Shown here in pieces: positions 36,808-51,032 of a DNA stretch of 64,000 bases (its first letter is position 1; every line of letters begins with the position of its first letter). This stretch comes from Lingula anatina (Eukaryota > Animalia > Brachiopoda): contig CM120644.1 of NCBI GenBank assembly GCA_051362555.1, forward strand, positions 12,918,567 to 12,982,566, given 5' to 3'. The notes under the pieces are model-generated. The model saw nothing but the letters and a program-made list of their open reading frames with translations. It ran no database searches and had not been told where the DNA came from. The translations under genes were made by a program, and so were the position numbers.

Positions 36808-39451
36808 TTAGCAATGTGGATATATGCCCGATAATAATTTTTTGAAATCATTTTTGCAAACTTCTAAACGTGAACGCTTACATTTGCCGAATGCCGAGAT
36901 TGCTTTACGGAAAAGCAACACCTCACGATTGAAATCCGACCCTTGCAACATAAGAGTGTTTTGTAGCTTTAACAGGAAGTGATTATATAACTGATAGTCA
37001 GCTTTGCTCCATTGCCTATGTTTCTTTACAGTAATTTCGTCTTTCACATGTTTATATTCACATTCCTGTTTGTTAGAAACAACATATAAGACGTCGTCCA
37101 TGCCCCAGCACAGCAAGCGGCGTAGTAGCACTAAACTTTCATCAAACATTTCCAAGACGATTACAAAATCGAACTTCTTGTCCAAGAAATCAATATACTC
37201 AGCAATGAATCTGTCGTTGTTCCTAAGATCATTTCTATCGTCTGGGAACCCAAACTCATACATCATGGCGTTTCTCAAGAAGCCTACATGGGTTGTGACA
37301 TAGGCGTCGGTCCAATACTTGGATGGGTTTTCCATAAATTCCACGACCGGGTTCGTGGTGTTTGTTAAGTTGAATTTACTTGAAATACGAAAAAAATTGA
37401 ACGCGCTTTGAAACTGAGAAAATGGTTCGCGAACTATACCAATATAAAACGTATCATTCGGCATCATGGTTTCTATTACTCTTGAGTCAAAAATCATGTG
37501 ATTGAAAATTATATCATAGGTTACATTCTGGTTATAGTTGGCGTCGTTAACGGTTATTTTCCTACGGGTAATATTGAACATAGATTTCCTTGGGTAAAAT
37601 ATTTTGCTTTTCTTCGGATAAAGACGTTTTAACTTATATTTAAGAGTAGCCTGTTCTAAAATTTTCCTCATTGTAGTTGAGCCGCATTTGTGCACTTTTA
37701 GAAACATAATATGTCGGGTTGGCTGGCATTGTCCCTTTGGTAGGCATTTTATGGGAGGTACGTTGTAGGCAGACTGCAACAGTGAATCTTGAATGTTCCT
37801 ATTTATCCCTGAAAGGAAAAAAAAAATAAATAAATAAATAGATAAAAAAAATAAGTAAATAAACTACTGTGCGTTACTTAATACTTCAAGTCACATATCA
37901 AAATTTTATTTATACTCCGACTTCACGGTTTGTATTAATTATTATTAAATAAATAAATAATTGAAAAATTTAAATAAATAAATAGTTGAAAAATAAAGAA
38001 ATGTATATCACTAAGTTGTATTTATACTTCGACTATACACACGAACTGATCAAGGATTATTTAAAGGGGCGGGGCCGCGGATGCAAAGTCGCCCCCCCCC
38101 CCCACACACACACACACACTTGGCGTGGGGTTCGGGACCTGAATTTTTTTGGTATTTAAGAGGGCGAATGGTGCCATTAGGTAGGGTTTAGAACTATGAT
38201 TTAGCTAGTTAAACTTCTAATTTTAAGATGGGACCAGAAATAGAAGGGAGAGTCGGTGTCAGGCTCCCCCTAAAACCCGCTCTAAATCCGCCAATGTATA
38301 CAGTAGGCACAAGCTAGGTACGGGTGATCTTATATACTCTAGCAAATCATCTGATATATTTTTTCTTAGTGTCTTCTTTTTTCTCCTTCTTACGTTTTTG
38401 GTTGTTTATATTTCTGTTCGGGATTGTATTACAAGCAATACGGTTTGTGTTACCATATACCCAAAGGGTAACTAACCATATTGCTTAAACAAACATAATG
38501 TGACAAAGTTTTCATTCAGTGAACAGAAACATACTTCTCTGTTAATGTAATATTAATTCACATTTCAAGCTGGCTCCAAACGACATATTCTCATCCAGAA
38601 TGGAGTCTCGATTTGACATTCAACAGACGTAAATTACGCCATCAGGTTGGTACAAAAAACGAGGCATAAATATCATACGTACGGCTTATATCTTTCGCTT
38701 GAAACTGACAGGTAACTATGTATACTCCAAAGGTACACAACATTAATACAAGAATAGATTAAATCAATCAAACTACATAATTTTCGCTCTTTGAATGATT
38801 TTTTCGTAATCATTACAGACAAAACTTCAATGTTTTTTTTACACTTGTGACATATGTACAACACAGCGCACGACACATTTATAAGGTGCACTGCTACATA
38901 AGTAAGATCGGGTGGAGTTTTAACGAAATTAACGATTTCCAACGCTACAAAATACATGTGTCTTCTGAAGACTTCAGATAAGTTTGACATTCAGTAGGGT
39001 TATCAATGAAATATCAAAACTGATTAGATTTTTAAATAATAAAACTGGGTACAGCTTTGGATTAATACCTTTTGTAAAGTGTATTGCTACATAATTAAAA
39101 TTGGGTAGAGTTTTGACGAAAGTAAATGAAATAAACGTTTTTCCATCGCTACAAAATACATGTCTTCAGATATGTTTGACATTCACCGGTGTCATCAATG
39201 GAATATCAAAAGTGATAAGATTCAATCACGCTTGATATGATAACAGTCAAAATAAGACTGGCACTTTAATTTAAAAATGAATGCACGAGCCAAGAAAATT
39301 GAATCGCCTTACCCATAAAGTCACTTTGAAGTGGAGGTGGTGGCAATGGATTAGAAGGCAATGTATGGATTCTCAAAAGACGTGGAAACAAATATACAGC
39401 TGAACATAGGAAGCAAAACATCACAGTGAGTAAAAATATCCGCACTGACAT
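36808..39451 (-). CDS. GAL3ST-family sulfotransferase, copy C (intact, ~379 aa)
   Basis: Exon 1 39451-39313, exon 2 37808-36808 (1001 nt, open); PAPS-binding motifs intact. Confidence 0.9.
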
Positions 39452-39849
39452 GGCCAAGATCGACAGAAGTAGTACAAGTGCATTTGATCACACAAATTGC
39501 AGCCTTCAAGTTCAGAGCCAGCCTTTATAAACCCATTAGAATCCTGTTTTAACGTATCTGTACAGCAATGGCAAGACTAATAAATATAATATCTCCTTTA
39601 TGTAGTCTTTATAATGTCGTGCTGTGCTGTGCTGTGCCACTTTTTCCAACACGGGTATTCAATTATACATCAATCTCAATGCGGGTGTTTTATATGGCAT
39701 GATAAATTGACAGCGCTCTCCACAAGAAAAAGCAGTAGATATTTACTGCAATCACTGTAACCATGTCTCAAATCTGCTCCGATTTAAGGTGTGGATGAAA
39801 TGTATGTTTACTCCCCAGAGGTAGCATTCTACTGTTACCATACAATTCA

Positions 39850-40440
39850 GCAGAATTGTTATCTGACATGTGGACGATGTTCTTCATGCCCTCACTTGTC
39901 ATTTCACGTTGTAAACGGTGAATGTGGTCTCACCAGAATATATAAAATGGCACCATTGCTGAAGTAAGCTCCATGGCATGGCTCTTGCAGCCCATTTAAC
40001 TTTTTTTTCGTATGTTTACCAAGGTGATGAGCGGTTTCTACCTGGAAACCGTGGTGTGAATTTCTGAAGCAAGGAACCTTCTTTGGACAGACCTTCAAAC
40101 TGCAAATTGTTCAATTACAGCAAATCTAAGTCGCTCCACGGTTCAAATTCTCTAAGTCTTGACAGCATAAAAGCACACATGCCGTCTCTGGCAATAGTCG
40201 TTTTCGGCCAATTTGAAGTGACTAATGGGCATCGACGGTGACCCCATTTTTCTGCAACCAAACTCACAATAACTTGCTGCTATCTGGGGGACACCAACAC
40301 CCTCCTCCCACATTGAAACTATTTCTTTTCTTTGTTCATTTGTGAGATCCCGTACCTTTGCCATGGAAGCACCTTGACAGTCAGGAGGGGGTTACACAAT
40401 CTATATCGCACATGGTTGAAAATTCACCACGACAGCAATT
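39850..40440 (-). mobile_element. Fossil Tc1-like transposase 5' part (copies ~57490-58090, 61490-62090; related remnants ~26490-26890, 48560-48940)
   Basis: MAKVRDLTNEQRKEIVSMWEEGVGVPQIAA resembles the N-terminal HTH of Tc1 transposases; frameshifted downstream. Confidence 0.65.
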
Positions 40441-40459
40441 ATAACATTTTACCATTTTA

Positions 40460-41927
40460 CCGCATAGGTCATAAGTTTTACTTCAGCTAAGCAGTGAAGA
40501 AGTCGAGTACGCTATGGGGAAGAGAAAAGTTCGTGTTTTAATTCCATTTCCAGAGGAAAAAAGGAACATTTTGAAAGAGAGTATGCGCGGCGGTTGGGGA
40601 AAACCGGCATTTGTTCAGTCGGATGGTACGTGGTACCTCAACACATCAGGCATATTCATAAAATAATAACTTCATGTTGACCTAAAGTACGATGAGTGAT
40701 CTGGTATTAGACGCAATCCACAGTAAAATGCCGACGCAACTTTTACTTGCTTCAAAATATATAAATAGGTACTTTTTTACAATCAACACGTTCGTGGTTT
40801 CAAAACCTTCTCTCAGCCTCTTTTGCCGCTGGTTCTTGGGCCGCTGAACGTCTCCCCTTTATCTTAGCTGGCATTTCGAGAGATACCGCTGTACATAAAG
40901 TAATCGATGTATTTTCTGTTGATCTGACAATTACCAAGTGCCGTGCAAAATAATCCTGCAGCGTTACCTGTCAAAAACTCGTGTTAACACAAGTGACGGC
41001 CACTTGCTCTCGACAGAGTTTCATCTGATCACTCTCCCAGGTAAAATTACTCGATTGCGGAGAAAGACACATTGAAACGTTCAAATGCAACTTAACACCT
41101 CTTAATTGCGGTTAATTGCAATCGCCTTTGTTAGCGCTTCCTTCTACATATTATTGACACCCTACTGGGCATCACTAGACTAGGGCTCTCTCCAGAGCTG
41201 TCAGTTAAAATGGCGGCACGCTTACAAGTCTAACGCGTGATCGGAAAATGTAACAAAAGCACGATTTTCTGCCATTTCAAAGCACCCAAACAAAATATTT
41301 TTAGATGACAATGAGCAATGGTTCCATCTGATCATATAACCGATAGCAGGTAAATTTGCCAGCTAAGCATTTGACTAATAAGCTCTGTTAACCAACCTGT
41401 GAACGTTTTGGCTGTTTTAACAGTTTTCTAGATTGACGGGATAAGTGAATCGCTTTCATGTATATCTCACTATCCGAGCAACCGATCGTTACGAAAGTTG
41501 CACTAATTGTTGTTGAAAATGTGGACTACAGCCTGATGTCAGAGGTTTTAGAGGAAACTGTTTGTTTAAAAGTTATTGTCTTTTGAATTGAATAACCCAT
41601 TGAAATATTGGGAAATTTAACGCAAAAGACGATAAAATCAAAAGTAAATAGTTTAAGACAATTCCCTGGAACCCGATTGAAATGCTTTTACCCGGCTTTA
41701 TGAGGCCGTTTGAATCACTTGAATAGCTATCTTGGTTATAAAGAAAATCCCAAATCCAAAAACGGCATTTTTCGCCCCAAATTGGCGCTATAGATTCATC
41801 CGTTGGAGACTGCAGAAAATCTCCGTCTATAATTGGCCTTTTGGGAAGTATGTTTAAATTTTTTATAAAAACTTATCCGCCCAGGGCATTGTTCCTATGC
41901 CTTTGGTCGTTTTATTGTTAGTGGCCT
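40460..41927. mobile_element. Probable truncated DNA transposon (Harbinger-like right end)
   Basis: Absent from paralogous spacers; right end ...TAGTGGCC followed by TTA; no clear left TIR. Confidence 0.45.
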
Positions 41928-42725
41928 TAAAGTGTCTTAAAGTGGCTGACAAAGAAACAAAAGACTTTAAGACATGTTGGTGTGTATGTTGTGCGAAGAA
42001 CAGAGATAACATGTGCCTCAGATATTTTTCAACATTTTACTGATGTAGCCAGTTCTGTTCTTATAGAAAAAAGTTTCAGACCCATTCCCGAAAGTAGACA
42101 ATCCGACAACTTAATGTCTATGGCTAGTCTGAGGGCTAATGTTTTCCAATTCGTGTCTTATAAACACATCTTAATTCTCACTTTAATCAACTTGGAAAAT
42201 ATCTGCCGTACCGGATATCTTTGGAAGGTAAAATTAAGACGGTTTTATTCAAAGCGGTATCGGTAGCAAATCTAGTAAACCATTGGGAAATATTTTTTTC
42301 ATTTCAAATGTGATATCCATTCAAAATAACCTTTGTGTTCACCACATTGGGAATTTTAATTTCCATTAAAAGCAACGCCATCATGGTCGTTCATTATTTA
42401 CATAAAACGTTTTATATGGGGACTACATGCAAGGGAACAGTAACCGAAACAACGTTTAATTAAAGGAACAGCACGAGTAAGTATAATACCTTTACTGTAC
42501 ATGCTGTATCAGATATCACGCTAATGTATAAAAAGCCCTCAAAACCACATTTTGCCTTTGCTATACACCTTTTTATAATTACATTTCAGACCTTTAGAAC
42601 AACAAAAAGGCACATTTCAGTTTATCTACAATTCAATGTGTACCTGATATAAATATTTAACAATAACCAAATCTGGGCATTTTGCGACCTCGTGCGAGAA
42701 ATAAAAGCACCTGAGGTATATACGA

Positions 42726-43008
42726 ACAAGAAAAGCAGACTGAGAGCGCAGACCTCCGCAAGGCAGCAAAGTCTCTTCCCAATGCCGTTTCACCCCTAAA
42801 TTTTCATTCTACTATAATGATTTAGTTTTTTTTATTATTTTTTATTATTTATTATTGATTGATTAGTGATCCGGATCACCACCAAAAACTAAACATCTGT
42901 TCCTTGGCCCACTTCTGACAGTTCCTGAAAATTTCATCAAAATCGGTCCATAACTTTTTGAGTTATATTGATGACAAACAGGGGTGAAAACATAACTTCC
43001 TTAGCGGA

Positions 43009-43011
<3 letters not shown>
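42726..43011. mobile_element. Helentron-associated (HINE/DINE-like) short element; truncated paralog at ~27796-27915
   Basis: Subterminal inverted repeats ACCTCCGCAAGG / CCTTAGCGGAGGT, internal simple repeat, A-rich flank. Confidence 0.55.
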
Positions 43012-43046
<35 letters not shown>

Positions 43047-44524
43047 ACTATCGAAACTAATCTGTCATTTGTTTCCGATTCGCATAGGTCTACGTGGACA
43101 GCTAAGAGTTGACGGTCGAGGAATTGTTGAGGATTTGTTGCTTGGTTTGGCGTAATTGTCGAACTTGACATTGACTGCAGTGTACATATTTTGCCTAGGC
43201 TGTATATATTTCATTTGACTGGATTTTTTTCTTGCCTGAGGGAAAGGGGGCCTACATTTCTCCCGATGTGTGAGTTTTGAATGTGTCTTCAACTGATTAT
43301 GAATATGTTGTGTTGATATTGATATGATGGTGTGAAATCATGACTGTGCATTGATGCTATTGATATGTACTTGACAATGAATAAATAAACATTTTTGAAT
43401 ATTGTGTTGTTATTATTCATGGTCCTATATATCCAGCAGATTCTCTCAGGTAAGTGATATCTAAAAACCTATCCCAAGGAATTCCTTGCCACTTGAAAGC
43501 TCTGGTAGCGGCCAGATGAGGTCAGGCGTAACAGCGACTGTAGATGTGACTAGACACTGACATGAGGGTCCATTTTGGGGCGTGTAACTCTTTTAAAGAC
43601 GATAGTTTGGAAAATATGGAGATCTAAAATATCGTTTTCAATGGTTGTCGTATGACTTAGAAAAAGGCAATGTATTTTTGTTTGCTTCACTAGCGAATTC
43701 AATCAATGAACTGATGTCAAAATGACAATAAAGAGATTATTAAAAGTTATTAAAACACGACTGTAATCCTTACTTTCATTTATCAGTCACCAAAACAGAA
43801 AAAAACTGATGATTTATGATTTGGAAAAAATTATTCCATATTAAATGTCAAGTCTGTATATTGTACTCCTGTCTTTTGAACTAAGATTTTCATTTTTTTT
43901 CCCATTATTAACTATAATTTCCACCATCACTCAGTTGCTCTGGAATTGCTGACTTAGCAATGTGAATATAAGCCCGCTAATAAATTTTGGAAATCATTTT
44001 TGCAACCTTCTAAACGTGGGCGCTTACATTTGCCGAGTGCCGAGATTGCTTGACGGAAAAGCAACACCTCCCGATTGAAGTCCGACCCTCGCAACATAAC
44101 AGTGTTTTGTAGCTTTGTCAGGAAGTGGTTATATAACTGATAGTCAGCTTTGCTCCATTGCCTATGTTTCTTCACAGTAATTTCGTCTTTCACATTTTTG
44201 TATTCATATTCCCGTTTGTTAGTAACCACATATAAGACGTCGTCCATGCCCCAGCACAGCAAGCGGCGTAGTAGCACCAAACTCTCATCAAACATTTCCA
44301 AGACGATTACAAAATCGAACTTCTTGTCCAAGAAATCAATGTATTCGGCAATGAATCTGTCGTTGTTCCTGAGATCATTTCTATCGTCTGGGAACCCAAA
44401 CTCATACATCATGGCGTTTCTCAAGAAGCCTACATGGGTTGTGACATAGGCGTCGGTCCAATACTTGTATGGATTTTCCATAAATTCCACGACCGGGTTC
44501 GTGGATTTTTTTAATTTGAATTTA

Positions 44525-45490
44525 GGCCACACTTTTTTAATTTTATGGATGACATCCTGCGCGCGCATGGATTTTCGCCCATTCTCCAAAAAAAAAAAAA
44601 AAAAAAAAGCCCCCCCTCAGCCCCCAACGAAGTCAGTTGTCGCAAATGTCGTTATTGAATTTGCAAGGAAATGAGCTTTCTGCGCATGTGTATTTTCGCC
44701 ACGTGGAAATGCGGCCACTTTGCTATCAAATTCATCTCTAGGATTACTTTCAAATTACACAACAATGTCATAAAGAGAATGGGCGCCATCGTTTTGGATT
44801 GGTATGCCATTGATATTGGGCATGGAGATAGCACCTTTTTACAATTGTACAAAAGGCTGGTGGCGGCCATTCTGACATTCTGTATAAAGCAGCACATTAA
44901 TACCAGGTTTTCTGTAGTGAAAAAAGGGTCGACAAGGGCGTCGAGGTATTTGGTGGGCTGAAGGTCAGACAGGCCACCTGACAGTTTAGCTGCTTCGTGT
45001 GAGTTGAAGTTGACAAAATGGCATCGTCCGAAATGACCTTTAATAGATTTGGTAGTATTAAGCATATCTTTGCATCATTTTTTAAACATTTCTGTGAAGT
45101 GTTCAAAATGTTTTAATATTCTGAGAATGCAAATAAAGACACACTGTTTGATTGATATTTGTTTTATTGATTGCTATACCAAATGAATGCATGAAATAAC
45201 CTTAAATAGATTTGGTAATATGAAGTATATCAATTCATGACTTTTTTTTTTTACATTTCTACGAAGTATTCACAATGCTTTAATATTCTGAGAGCATGGA
45301 TAAAGACAAATTGTTAGTTTGATACGTGTTTCTGTGGTTAAATTTGTGTTTCCAGCTGTGTACTGACAGCATTCCTTTACTTAAGCAGTTTTTTTTTTTT
45401 TTTTGGACTGTTTTTTTTTTTTTTTCGCCCTCTCGCACCGATTTTGGGGTACCCAGAGGATGTCATCCATAAAAATAAAAAAGTGTGGCC
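44525..45490. mobile_element. PIF/Harbinger-like non-autonomous transposon inserted in exon 2 of copy D
   Basis: 34-bp TIRs GGCCACACTTTTTTA.TTTTATGGATGACATCCT; TTA TSD; empty site GAATTTACTTGAAAT in copy A. Confidence 0.92.
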
Positions 45491-45941
45491 TTACTTGAAA
45501 TACGATAATAATTGAACGCACTTTGAAACTGAGAAAATGGTTCGCGAACTATACCGATATAAAATGTATCATTTGGCATCATGGTTTCTATTACTTTTGA
45601 GTCAAAAAACATGTGATTGAAAATAATATCATAGGTTACATTCGGGTTATAGTTGGCGTCTTTTATGGTTATTTTCCTACGGTTCATATTGAACATAGAT
45701 TTCCATGGGTAAAAAAATATGTTCTTCTTCGGAGAGAGACGTTTTAACTTATATTTAAGAGAAGCCTGTTCTAAAATTTTCTTCATTGTACCTGAGCCGC
45801 ATTTGTGCACTTTAAGAAACATAATATGTCGGGTTGGCTGGCAATGGTCCTGGCAATGGTAGGCATTTTATGGGAGGTACGTTGTAGGCAGACTGCAACA
45901 GTGAATCTTGAATGTTCCTATTTATCCCTGAAAGCAAAAAA

Positions 45942-45975
<34 letters not shown>

Positions 45976-46433
45976 TAAAATAAATAAATAAATAAATAAA
46001 ATAAATAAATAGATAGTTGAAAAAATAAAGAAATGTATATCACTTAGTTTTATTTATGCTTCGACTATACACACGAACGGATCCAGGATTATTGGGGGGG
46101 GGGGGGAGAGGAGGAGAGTCGGCTTTGCATCAGCGGGTGGGGGGGGGGGGGGGGCAAAGCCGACTCTCCTCCTCCCCCCCCCCCCCCCCCCCCCCATTGG
46201 AGTGGGGTTCGGGACCCACTGAAGGGTCCTCAATTTTTTTGGCATTTTAGAGGGCGAATGGTGCCGTTTGGTACGGTTTAGAACTATTATTCAGCAAGTT
46301 AAAACTTCAAATTTCAAGAGGGACCAGATATATAAGGGAGAGAGGGTGTCAGGTCCCCCCTGAAACCCGCTCTAAATCCGCCGCTGTATACAGTTTGAAA
46401 AGGACACAAGCTAGGTACAGGTGATCTTATATT

Positions 46434-47169
46434 AAAAACATAAAAATCAATATACAATTAATAAAAGTTTGGCTCAAAATATTACGCACGGACCAAAACA
46501 ACCTACTCAAACAAGCATACCTAGAGGAATTACATTATTACAATTTACCCTCAACAAAAAGCCTGTCAAATCTGAATGATGATAACCTGTCATTGAGTGA
46601 AGGTATTATGAAACTCTTGTTTGAAAACGGATTTGGAGATCTACGGCTAAAACAAAATCCTGACATAAATTTTCTAAGTATATTCAGTGAAAGCATCATC
46701 AGTGGGTACATACAAAACTGGCACAGTGAGCTTGAGGACAAATCCAAATCCAGAGTATATTGCCAATTCAAAAACACATTTAAAAAAGAAAAATATCTAG
46801 ACCTTCTTCATGATACTGATAAAAGAAAAAACCTAAGCCGTTTTCGCACCAGTGGGCATAAACTCCACATTGAAACAGGCAGATACAATAACACTCCTTG
46901 GACTGACAGAATACGCCATTACTGTTCTAAAGACAAAATTGATCACAACATGCCCCCTATACAACGACCTGCAAACAATATTATATAAGGTATTTACAAA
47001 ACACTTTTGCTAGGAGGGATCTACAAGATAGTGCTGCACTCATCGGCAATTGAGTAATAGTAGTTATAGAAACTTTTTTTTATAGCATATTCACAAAAAT
47101 TGTATTCATATTGTCATTTTCATCCACACAAGTGGATGCATATGTTACAGTGAAATAAACTCTAAACTC
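46434..47169 (+). mobile_element. Same LINE 3' fragment in intron of copy D
   Basis: Near-identical to 19160-19894 at the homologous site; SRFRTSGHKLHIETGRY. Confidence 0.8.
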
Positions 47170-49415
47170 TATATTCTCTAGCAAATCATCTGATATATTT
47201 TTTCTTCGTATCTTCATTTTCTGCTCCTTCATTCGTTTTTGGGTTGTTTATATTTCTGTTCGGGATTAAACGGTTTGTGTTGCCATATACCCAAAGGGTA
47301 ACTAACTGAAGTTCGGACCCGTATTACTGAAACAAACAAAGTGTGACAAATTTTTTTATTCAGTACACAGAAACATACTTCGCTGTTAATGTAATATTTA
47401 TTCACATTTCAAGCTGGCTGCAAACGACATATTCTCATCCAGAATGGAGTCTCGATTTGACATTCAACAGACGTAAATTACGCCATCGGATTGGTGCAAA
47501 AAAACGAGGTAGCCTATAAATATCATACGGCCCATGTCTTTCGCTTGAAACTGCCAGGTAACTATGTATACTCCAAAGGTACACAACATGAATACCAGAA
47601 TCCATTTAATCAATCAAACTACAGAATTTTTGCTCTTTGGGCGATATATTTGTAATAATTACAGACAAAACACCAATGTTCTTTTTACACTTGTGACATA
47701 TGATAGAGTCGACAACTGTATAACACAGCGCACGACACATTGATAAACTGCACTGCTACATAAGTAAGATCACGTGGAGTTTAAAAAAAAAAAAAGGAAA
47801 CGAAATTAACGATTTTCCAACGCTACAAAATACATTTGTCTTCTGAAGACTTCAGATAGGTTTGACATTCACTAGTGTCATCAATGAAATATCAAAAGTG
47901 ATTAGATTCAATCACGTTTGATATGATAACAGTCAAAATAAGACTGGCACTTTAATTTAAAAATGAATGCACGAGCCGACAAAATTTAATCGCCTTACCT
48001 TCAAAGTCACTTTGAAGTGGAGGTGGTGGCAATCGATTAGGAGGCAATGTATGAATTCCCATAAGACGTGGAAACAAATATACAGCAGAGCATAGGAAAT
48101 AAAACATTACCACAGCGAGTAAAAATATCCGCACTGACATGGCCAAGATCAACTGATGCAGTATTAGTACATTACAACACACAATAAGCAGCCTTCACCT
48201 TCTGATCCAGCCTTTATAAACCTGCTAAAATTCTGTTTTTGTTTTATGTTAGTGCTCTCGTTTTATGATAGCTGCTTCATGTAGTCTTTACGAATGCCGT
48301 GCTGTGCTGTGCCACTTTTTCAACACGGGTATTCAATTATGCATCAATCTCAATGCGGTTTTTTATTTATTTCGCATGATAAATTGACAGCGCTCTCCAC
48401 ACGAAAAAAGCAGTAGATATTAACTGCAATCACTGTAACTATGCCTCAAATCTGCTCCGATTTAATCTGCGGACGAGGGGTATACTCTCCAGTAGTAGCA
48501 TTCTACTGTGACCATATCTCAAAAAAGAACAGCAGAAATGAGGCGCTAAGTCGCTGCACGGTTCAAATTCCATGAGTCTTGACAGCATAAAATCACGCAT
48601 GTCATCTCTGGCACTGGTCTTCTTCCGCCACTACGTGGTGACTTACGGGCATCACCAGCGAGCCCCATCTTTCTGTAAACACCGCATACAGTCTGATCAA
48701 ACACGATATCTTGTGGCTATCTGGGGGATATCCACACACTCCTTTCTCAGAGAAACAACTTTTCTTTGTTCATTTGTGAACTCCAGTAGCAACTTGACAG
48801 CAAGGAGGGGGTTTCACTATTTATAATGCACATTGTTGAAAGTTCAATATGAGAGCAATTAACCGCAAATCACTTTTTTTACGAATGTCAGAAAGCCCGC
48901 TATGCACACAGGTGGTGTAACATTTTGGCACCCTCTCTATATTACATTAATTACTTATAGTATCATCTGCAATCCCTTGTTTTTTTACCCTAAACCCTGC
49001 AAACAGCAAATAACTTTTAAAGTGTCTGATCTGGCTGGCAAAGAAATGAAAGACTTTAAGACTTTTTGGTATGTATATTGTGCGAAAATAGTTGTCAGAA
49101 CAGAGATAATATGTCTCAGATACGAGCGATATTTTACTGCTGTATCCAGATCTGTTCTTATAGAAAACAGAGAAGCTGATAAATTAACGTCCATGACTCG
49201 TCTGAGCGCAAACGTTTTCCAATATATGTCTTATAAATACATCTTTATTTTCACTTCAATCAACTCAGAAAAATATTGCCGTGCCCGATATCTTTGGAAA
49301 CGAGCCATCTTTTTTCTGGAGGTAATCTAAAGCCGGTTTTATTCAAAACAGTGTAGGTAACAGAGAATTTTATTATATCTTGTAAACCATTGGGAAATAA
49401 CTATTTATTTCAAAC

Positions 49416-50156
49416 TGCCCTGAGTGTCAGATCACTGTGAATCGGGCTTCAACAGTGAACTCTGAAGAACAGCGACAGTGTACGACTTCCGTTAATCAAA
49501 AAGAACTGCTCCGCAGTGAATCTGCAGCTGAATGTCATTAAACCAAAATGAAACGTAAAACAGATTTGATTCTGATTTCTGTAATTTAATTTACTGTATT
49601 TAAGAAAAGAAAAGATATTCGAAAAGAAAAGATATATCCAATGGTTCTGTATTTTTTGCTTATCAAAAAAACAATTGCCCCTGGAGACATAGACACACGT
49701 GCTTGCCGTGTGCCAAGTTTGACAGCTACACTGTATGCCCGGTACCACTATATAAGGGCTGCGCAATGGCTACACCAAAATCAGTTTTTAAAGCAGAATG
49801 TTGCTTGTATTGTGGCACTGACCTTTGATTTCAAGATATTTTTAATTCAAACTTCTAACTCCGCGTCAGCCACTTTGCTTCTTGTCTCGTCTGCACGAGA
49901 TAACATCAGCGCAAAGCGGGAAAGGCAGCTCCAGGCGGGCAAAGCTGTGACGTACGAGACTTATGACTTCCAAATATGGATCCAGGCGGACACATCTGTG
50001 ACGTGTGACTTCCAAATATGGAAGCGCCCTAGGCAAAATTTTGAAGAAGAACGACCACAGCTTGTCGGTGGTCGATAGAGCCTGGTATTGTGCACTCATG
50101 TGGGTTATATATGAAATCAAGATCCAGCTGGCGATACCGGAATCTAGAACCTAGGG
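49416..50156. mobile_element. 741-bp unclassified insertion with 10-bp TSD
   Basis: TATTTCAAAC at 49406-49415 and 50157-50166; single copy at the paralogous site ~27368. Confidence 0.7.
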
Positions 50157-50711
50157 TATTTCAAACATGACATCATTCAAAATATCCTTTCTGTTCACCA
50201 CATTGGGAGCTTTTATTTCCATTTTCAGCAACGTTATCAATCATTATTTACATAAAACGTCTTACATACCCAGCAGGCATATTTGCGTTGGATCAACGTT
50301 GAAAACAGGTTGAAACGTTGAATTGCCGTTGATCTACCTAAATTCAAGGTAAAATCAACGTTGATCCAGCCACGTTGACTCAACGTTGTATTTTGGTCAA
50401 TGACACAACCTTGCAGTTATGGATTGTAATTTAAAATATTAATTATTGAAAACGTGATACTTTGTTTATCAATACTGTAACTAAATTTATCAAAATAATA
50501 ACAAAACGGTTTTTAAGTAAAAGTGTCAGTTGTTTTGAGTCTTTAGTTAACTAGTGAATTTTCTTAACTTGTTATTCAGAAATACATTCCAATAAACTGA
50601 ATTCCTTTCAAGGTCAGCTAACACTAGGATGAATAAGTTGCTGTAAATGTGATGTAGTTAACAGTTCTTGGTAACCTGCTATTATAGATAGACAGGTTGA
50701 GGTGACTGTGG

Positions 50712-50831
<120 letters not shown>

Positions 50832-50865
50832 AATAAAATGCAGACGGGAGGAAAGCTAAGCGTGA

Positions 50866-51032
50866 CAGGGGCGGATCCAGAGATATTTTGTTACAGTCTT
50901 CCAAATTAGCTATGTTGATCAATCCTCCATTTTTGACCGTCTTCAGACAGAAAAATTAGATACCTGTCAATGTAAATTTGAAAATCTGACCGTTTTCCAG
51001 AAGACCCAGAAGATGGCCTCAATCCGCCCCTG
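50866..51032. mobile_element. 167-bp MITE
   Basis: TIR CAGGGGCGGAT/ATCCGCCCCTG, flanked by CGTGA direct repeats. Confidence 0.75.

Larger units (their letters stand above)
43954..48140 (-). pseudogene. GAL3ST-family pseudogene, copy D
   Basis: Exon 1 48140-47999 intact. Exon 2 (45927-43954) has a 966-bp transposon at 44525-45490 and a net +4-nt frameshift near 45850 (1005 nt after removing insertion and TSD, versus 1001). Confidence 0.9.

Noticed and set aside
43954-44589. 211-aa ORF with a novel N-terminus
   Set aside because: The N-terminal residues come from the transposon TIR read in frame, with a non-ATG start.
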